Shown here one piece after another: positions 55,958-64,000 of a stretch of 64,000 nucleotides of DNA. The translations under genes and the position numbers were made by a program. The DNA comes from Eledone cirrhosa. Taxonomy: Eukaryota. The notes under the pieces are model-generated. The model worked only from the letters and a program-made list of their open reading frames with translations, was not told where the DNA came from and ran no database searches. Position 1 is the stretch's first letter. Every line of letters begins with the position of its first letter. The stretch is from the NCBI GenBank assembly GCA_964016885.1, contig OZ024757.1, forward strand, positions 15,190,001 to 15,254,000, given 5' to 3'.

Positions 55958-56281
55958 GTTCAGACATAAAATAATGGGGTCGGCTTATATTCTAATATAT
56001 ATGGTAAGTCTTTAGTCTAATATTGCAAAATTTCCCAACTTGTCTACCAGTAAAGATACTATAAACTTTTGAATGAAAAAGAAATAAAGGCAGCTGGCTT
56101 AATGATTATGAAAAATGAAAGATCAGTAAAAGAATAAAACCCAAACTTTATTTATTGTTTATAATTACTTTTGTTGAAAAGATGTGAATTCAGGAATTTG
56201 AACCTAAAATATTTGATGAGGTTATTTGCTACATATATAGTATATTATTTATATAGAATTGTCAAAATGATGTTAGCTTAA

Positions 56282-56502
56282 CCCTTTAGCATTTACATTA
56301 CTCTATATATACTATTGTATTTTTGTGGTAAAGGCTTTATCTCACATAATTATCTTACATAATATTGAACCCATGCAATTTTGATGTTATCTATTTTGAG
56401 AACAATACCTTAACATCAATAGGATTGGCCAGTTATGGCCGGTTTGAACAGAAAAAGGTGAGAGATTTCTGGTTGTATTTGGCCAGTTTAAATGCTTAAG
56501 GG
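56282..56502. mobile_element. piggyBac-type MITE, family A
   Basis: Same TIRs and TTAA flanks. Confidence 0.8.
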
Positions 56503-57150
56503 TTAAAGTGAACTGTTTCAATGCAGATTTTTTTTACTATGAACAATAGTCAAACATGTTGAGAGTATAAGTCACCAGAGACAGAAGAAACTGGACAGCA
56601 CCAAGGAAGCAATTAAATCTAAGCTGACATACTCTCAAAATTCATTAGACTCAGGGCTGGACTTTCACCTACTGAGGCCCTAAGCTATATGAAATTTGAG
56701 GCTTTTCTCTAAACAAATTCCGGTAAATAGGTTATAGCAAAATTAAGCATTTGTTTAGATTTAAAATATAAAAATATTAACAGAATTTATATGTATATGA
56801 AAATTTAAATTAAAAATAATTATACATAATTATTATTTTTATATTAATGTTGATAAAGAAAAATATATATATATATATATAATTCGTTTTTGAATTTCTT
56901 TTGCAAATCTTTAATGATTTAGTGTTAAAGAATAAAAACTAATGATAAAATAAAAATATATTTAAAAAAAAAACAAGACCCCCCAACTGAGGGTGGTGGC
57001 TCTAAGTTGTACTTTATTTAGCTTATAGGTAAGCCCAGCACTGTTCATGGCAGTAGTCAATCATTATAAATAATAGTTGAGAAAACCAGGTAAATTAGTA
57101 AAGTATTGATTAGACATTAGTTAAACTATTTGTAAATGAACAAATTTTAA

Positions 57151-57371
57151 CCATTTACCATTTACATTACTTTATATTTACTATTGTATTTTTGTGGTAA
57201 AGGCTTTATCTTACATAATTATCTCACATAATATCGAATCTATGAGATTTTGATGTTATTTATTTTGAGAACAATACCTTAACGTCAGTATGAGCAGCCA
57301 GTTACAGCCAGTTTAAACAGAAAGAGGTGAGAGAATTCCAGCCAGATACAGCCAGTTTAAATGCTAAAGGG
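57151..57371. mobile_element. piggyBac-type MITE, family A
   Basis: Same TIRs and TTAA flanks. Confidence 0.78.
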
Positions 57372-58568
57372 TTAAACACTAAAAATCTTCTGAAAATTGT
57401 TTGATTTCTTTTCTTTTTTTTCTCAATCGGATTTAGATTTCTTAAAATCAATACTATCTCTTCAATAATCTAAATTTTCAAAAAACTGAATTTTATGGGT
57501 AATGGAAAAAAATCAAGCATTTGTTTAGAATTAGAATATTAACAGAATTTGTGTGTGTATGAAAAAAAGGTTCAAAGATTTTGAGGTGTAATATTTTTGG
57601 AAAAAGCATTATAAATTGTTAATGTTATTTTTAGGATATGAGGCTTAAATATTCAATGTACAAATCATGTAAATATAAATATTCTAAACTTTAATATATT
57701 TCTCTGGTGCTGAAGAGATAGTGGAAGGGAGAGAGGGAGAGAGAGAGAGGGGCGGGGGGAATATTTGAAACATGAAGTAGAATATTTAGTACAGAAATAT
57801 AATAATTTCTTTAGTGCTGAAGAGATAGTGAAGGGAGGGAGGCAGGGAGAGAGAGGTGGGGGATATTTGAAACAGAGGATGTAGAATATTAAGTACAGAA
57901 ATATAACATATATTTGGAGATCTGTGAGCAGAAGGAAAAATTTGCTGCACCAAAATGTGTTGAAGAATTGTAAAACTCTCAGGAGGTATGACAGAGAGGC
58001 TAATAATCCAAGTCGAAAGATCAAATCTACACAATTTCATTTCAAATTGAACCTAACAACATTCTAATAAAAACAAACAACAAATAAATATACAGAAAGA
58101 TTTGATACTGTTCATCATGCATTTGTACCTGGGGACAAATTTAACTCATAAACTACCTGGGCAAAAAAAAAATCACGTCATAAACAAGAAAACAATAAAA
58201 AAGAATTATTTTTAGAGGAGAAACATTGTTAAAACAGGTGATAATACAATTAACAATAATGATTATCTATATTTCAATTGCAAAATTTTAAAATTAAATT
58301 AAATTAAATTAAATTTCACATGTTAATTAGCTAGTTAACACTATTAATTAATTAACTGAGAGAATCTGATAAATAACCCAACATGTTAACATATTTAACA
58401 GACATATCAATGAAATTACATGAAAAGCATTCACAAGGTGAAACTCAATGTGGTGTGACAAGAAAGACATAGAGAAGGAGAGAAAAATAGAGTAAGAAAG
58501 AAAGTGAAAGTTATTGTCGACCTTACCAGTAGAAGACTAGGTTCCTGCAAATATAAGATGAAGCATAC

Positions 58569-58686
58569 CTGTAAACTGGCAGTTTCACTTTTTTGTACAG
58601 AGTTATCTTTCTTACGTCGACTACTGCCACGTCGGAGGAAACTAAATGACCGCTGCCATGTTGTTTTATCATGGTTTCTATCAATA
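58569..58686 (-). CDS. cac: Cav2 alpha-1 internal exon (IDRNHDKTTWQRSFSFLRRGSSRRKKDNSVQKSETASLQ)
   Basis: Acceptor tttctttctttcag|T ATT (phase 2, matches AA| of exon 61622) and donor CAG|GTATGC (phase 0, matches downstream exons). Confidence 0.88.
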
Positions 58687-58748
58687 CTGAAAGAAAGAAA
58701 TAGAAAATGAAGTAACATATAGCTTAGGTATAGTAATGATAATTATAA

Positions 58749-60180
58749 TTGTTTCAACTTTAGGCACAAGGCCAGCAATTTTGGGGGTGGGGAAAGTCGA
58801 TTAACCCAACCCCAGTGCATTACTGGTGCTTAATTTTATCAACCCTGTAAGGACAAAAGGCAAAGCTAACTTCAACGGGATTTGAACTCAGATCGTAGTG
58901 GGGCATAACCCTATACTATAAAGCATATTGTCTGACGCTCTACCGATACTGCCAATCTACTGCCCTTAATATTAATACTGGTTTCTTATATAGGTGCAAG
59001 GCCAGCAATTTTGGGGGAGGGGAAAGTCGATTAAATCGATCCCAGTGCGTGACTGGTACTTTATTTTATCGTGTCCATAAGGATGAAAGGCAAAGCTAAC
59101 CTCGGCGGGATTTGAACTCAAAATGGCAAGGGACATAACTATGACACAGAGCTCTACTGACTGATACTGCCAATCCACCCACCCTTAAGTATAATAATAA
59201 TTGTTTCTACTTTTGACACAAGGCCAGCAATTATCCAGTACATTACTGGTACTTTATTTTATCGACCTCTGTAAGGATGAAAGGCAAAGTTAACCTCGGC
59301 GGGATTTGAACCCAGATCATAAAGGGACGTAACTATGATGGAAAGCATGTCCGCCCCTCTATCGATACTGCCAATTCACCGCCCTTAAGTATAATAATAA
59401 TTGTTTCTACATTTGGCACAAGGCCAGCAATTATCCAGTACATTACTGGTACTTCATTTTATCGACCCCGTAAGGATGAAAGGCAAAGTCAACCTCGGCG
59501 GGATTTGAACTCAGATCGTAAAGGGACGTAACTATGCTGGAAAGCATGGCGTCCGACTCTCTCCCTCTATACACACCTTACATTTAAATGTAGTTGCCAC
59601 ATTATTTAAAAATCTTCTCGTACCACTGCATATCTTATATTTAAGGGAGTTTGCTCCAACACCCTTCTTGTACACAACAACTTCTAATAATTGTTTCTAC
59701 TTTAGGCACAATGCCAGCAATTAGCCAGTACATTACTGGTACTTTATTTTATCGACCCCGTAAGGATGAAAGGCAAAGTTAACCTCGGCGGGATTTGAAC
59801 TCAGACCGCAAAGCGACGTAACTATGCTGGAAAGCATGGCGTCCGACCCTCTACCGATACTGCCAATTCTATTAATGGTTTCTGATTTCGGCACAAGGCC
59901 AGCAATTTTAGGGGAGGGGTAAGTCAATTAAATCGACCTCAGTGCATTACTGGTAATTTATTTTATTGACCCTGTAAGGCTGAAAGGCAAAGCTAACTAC
60001 GACAGGATTTGAATTCAGAATGTAAAGGGATGTAATTTTATGTTGTGAAGCATGGTCACCAATGCTCTACCGATTCTGATAATCCACTGCCCTCAATTTC
60101 TTGGAAAATAAGGGTTTCAGGTTTAGGTACAAGAACAATTTTGGGGAAGGTGAATGTCTGATAAATCGGCCCCAGGGCAT
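58749..60180 (-). mobile_element. Head-to-tail array of about 7 SINE copies
   Basis: Copies start at about 58750, 58981, 59203, 59403, 59693, 59879 and 60120, all in the same orientation. Confidence 0.85.
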
Positions 60181-60184
60181 TAGT

Positions 60185-62660
<2,476 letters not shown>

Positions 62661-63282
62661 AAATCAAGTTGGTAATGTGTTATGCCCAGTAAATTTCCAG
62701 TTCAATGAGGTTCTACAATCAGTAACATAGAAGAAATCTATTCATCCACAGTGTAATCCAGCTAGAACCAGGAATTAAAACTTTGGCTAAAACTATAGGT
62801 TTGTGGCTTTGTGGTTACATTGTTCTGTTCCTGATCAATTAGATGGTCATGAGTTTGATTCCTGCTTGGGCCAGGTGGGACAAATTGTCCTTGAGCTTTG
62901 AGCAAGATGCTTTATTTCACATTGCTCCACTGGTCTGTGAACCTATCATCCTTTTCTACTGTATTAATGATATCAAATGCACTAACAGCAGAACTGTTAC
63001 TAGTGCTTTCAACAGCTGTTATGGGTCTATTTATATATATATATATATACACACAACAGTATATATATATATATATATAATATATATATATACTGTTGTG
63101 TGTATCTATATATATATATATTCACACAACAGTATACATATGTATATATATATATATAAATATATACAAACACAATATATACATAAATGGACCTGTTATT
63201 TTTCTCGAAAAAAAATTATTTTCCATTTATGCCCTGCCTGTCTCCTCAATCTTTCTATTTCTTCTGTAATTTCTCATTCTTT

Positions 63283-63317
63283 CTTCTGATGAAGGACTAG
63301 CATCCGAAACGTTAAGG
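63283..63317 (+). ncRNA. Minimal hammerhead motif within a dispersed repeat (~63188-63415)
   Basis: ctt-CTGATGA-A-GGA-ctagca-TCC-GAAAC-GTTA-agg; the stem III region is the palindrome AACGTT. Confidence 0.6.
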
Positions 63318-63446
63318 CCCTCTTCCTGCTATTTCAAATTTCAAGCATTAAACTAATATATTCCGTCCATGTACTGTGCCATTTGTTTTATTTTGTTATT
63401 TCTGTTTACCTTTTACATATATGTGTGTGTGTGTGTCTCTCTCTCT

Positions 63447-63488
<42 letters not shown>

Positions 63489-63611
63489 TCCCCATCATCA
63501 CTGATTAACATCTATCTTCCATGCTAGCATGGGTTAGACAGGTCCCATTTCGAGGCAAGTTGGGTGTTTCTGGCTGCATTCTACGGCTGAATGCCTTTCC
63601 TAATGCCACAT

Positions 63612-63644
<33 letters not shown>

Positions 63645-63802
63645 AATAAAAACAATCTTATTCAAACGAGAATAAGACAGAGCTATCCCCTTGTGTATTG
63701 AAAGAGTGTAAGTGCACAGAATATTTCAATAATAAATTAACGCACTTTGATTGTATATATTTATAAAGTTCCTACCATGTATTTATTTCTATCTGATTGT
63801 CA

Positions 63803-63920
63803 AGGTGCATGGCTTAGTGGTTAGAGAGTTGGACTGGCAATCATGAAGTTGCGAGTTCAATTCTCGAACCGGGTGATGTGCTGTGTCCTTGAGCAAGACA
63901 CTTTATTTCACGTTGCTCCT
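63803..63920 (+). mobile_element. Second tRNA-derived SINE family (CORE/MIR-like)
   Basis: A box tggcttagtgg, B box gagttcaattc, then tgtgtccttgagcaagacact. Related copies at ~52470-52660(+), 62800-62935(+), 13452-13610(+), 17000-17120(-) and 8612-8730(-). Confidence 0.7.
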
Positions 63921-64000
63921 TCTGCCAGGAGTTGCGACCGATAGATAGTATCAGCAATGGAAAGACAAATGAAAACAATGTTTCCTTGGTCCGATTTAAC

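Noticed and set aside
63803-63870. tRNA gene
   Set aside because: A and B boxes are present, but there is no cloverleaf and it continues into a CORE-like SINE body.

Overview
AT-rich eukaryotic genomic DNA dense in (TA)n/(CA)n microsatellites. The repeat families suggest a coleoid cephalopod, probably Octopus (inference). The only host gene I can support is the 3' end of a Cav2-type voltage-gated calcium channel alpha-1 subunit on the minus strand. Its exons splice together with consistent phases: 61734-61622, 58686-58569, [53993-53892 candidate], 48313-48188, 40370-40058 and the terminal exon 22868-21997, which ends in the Cav2 PDZ ligand ...DEDDDWC*. The rest is intron, 3'UTR and flank: tRNA-derived SINEs, RTE-LINE 3' ends, TTAA-flanked piggyBac-type MITEs, fold-back elements and minisatellites. 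Almost all ORFs in the track are microsatellite artefacts. The main unexplained signal is a set of hammerhead-ribozyme motifs in the channel introns. One (48800-48842) sits in a 253-nt multi-branched fold closed by perfect 16- and 17-bp stems. Two others (63286-63314 and 36024-36052) belong to one dispersed repeat family and differ by a compensatory stem II change.
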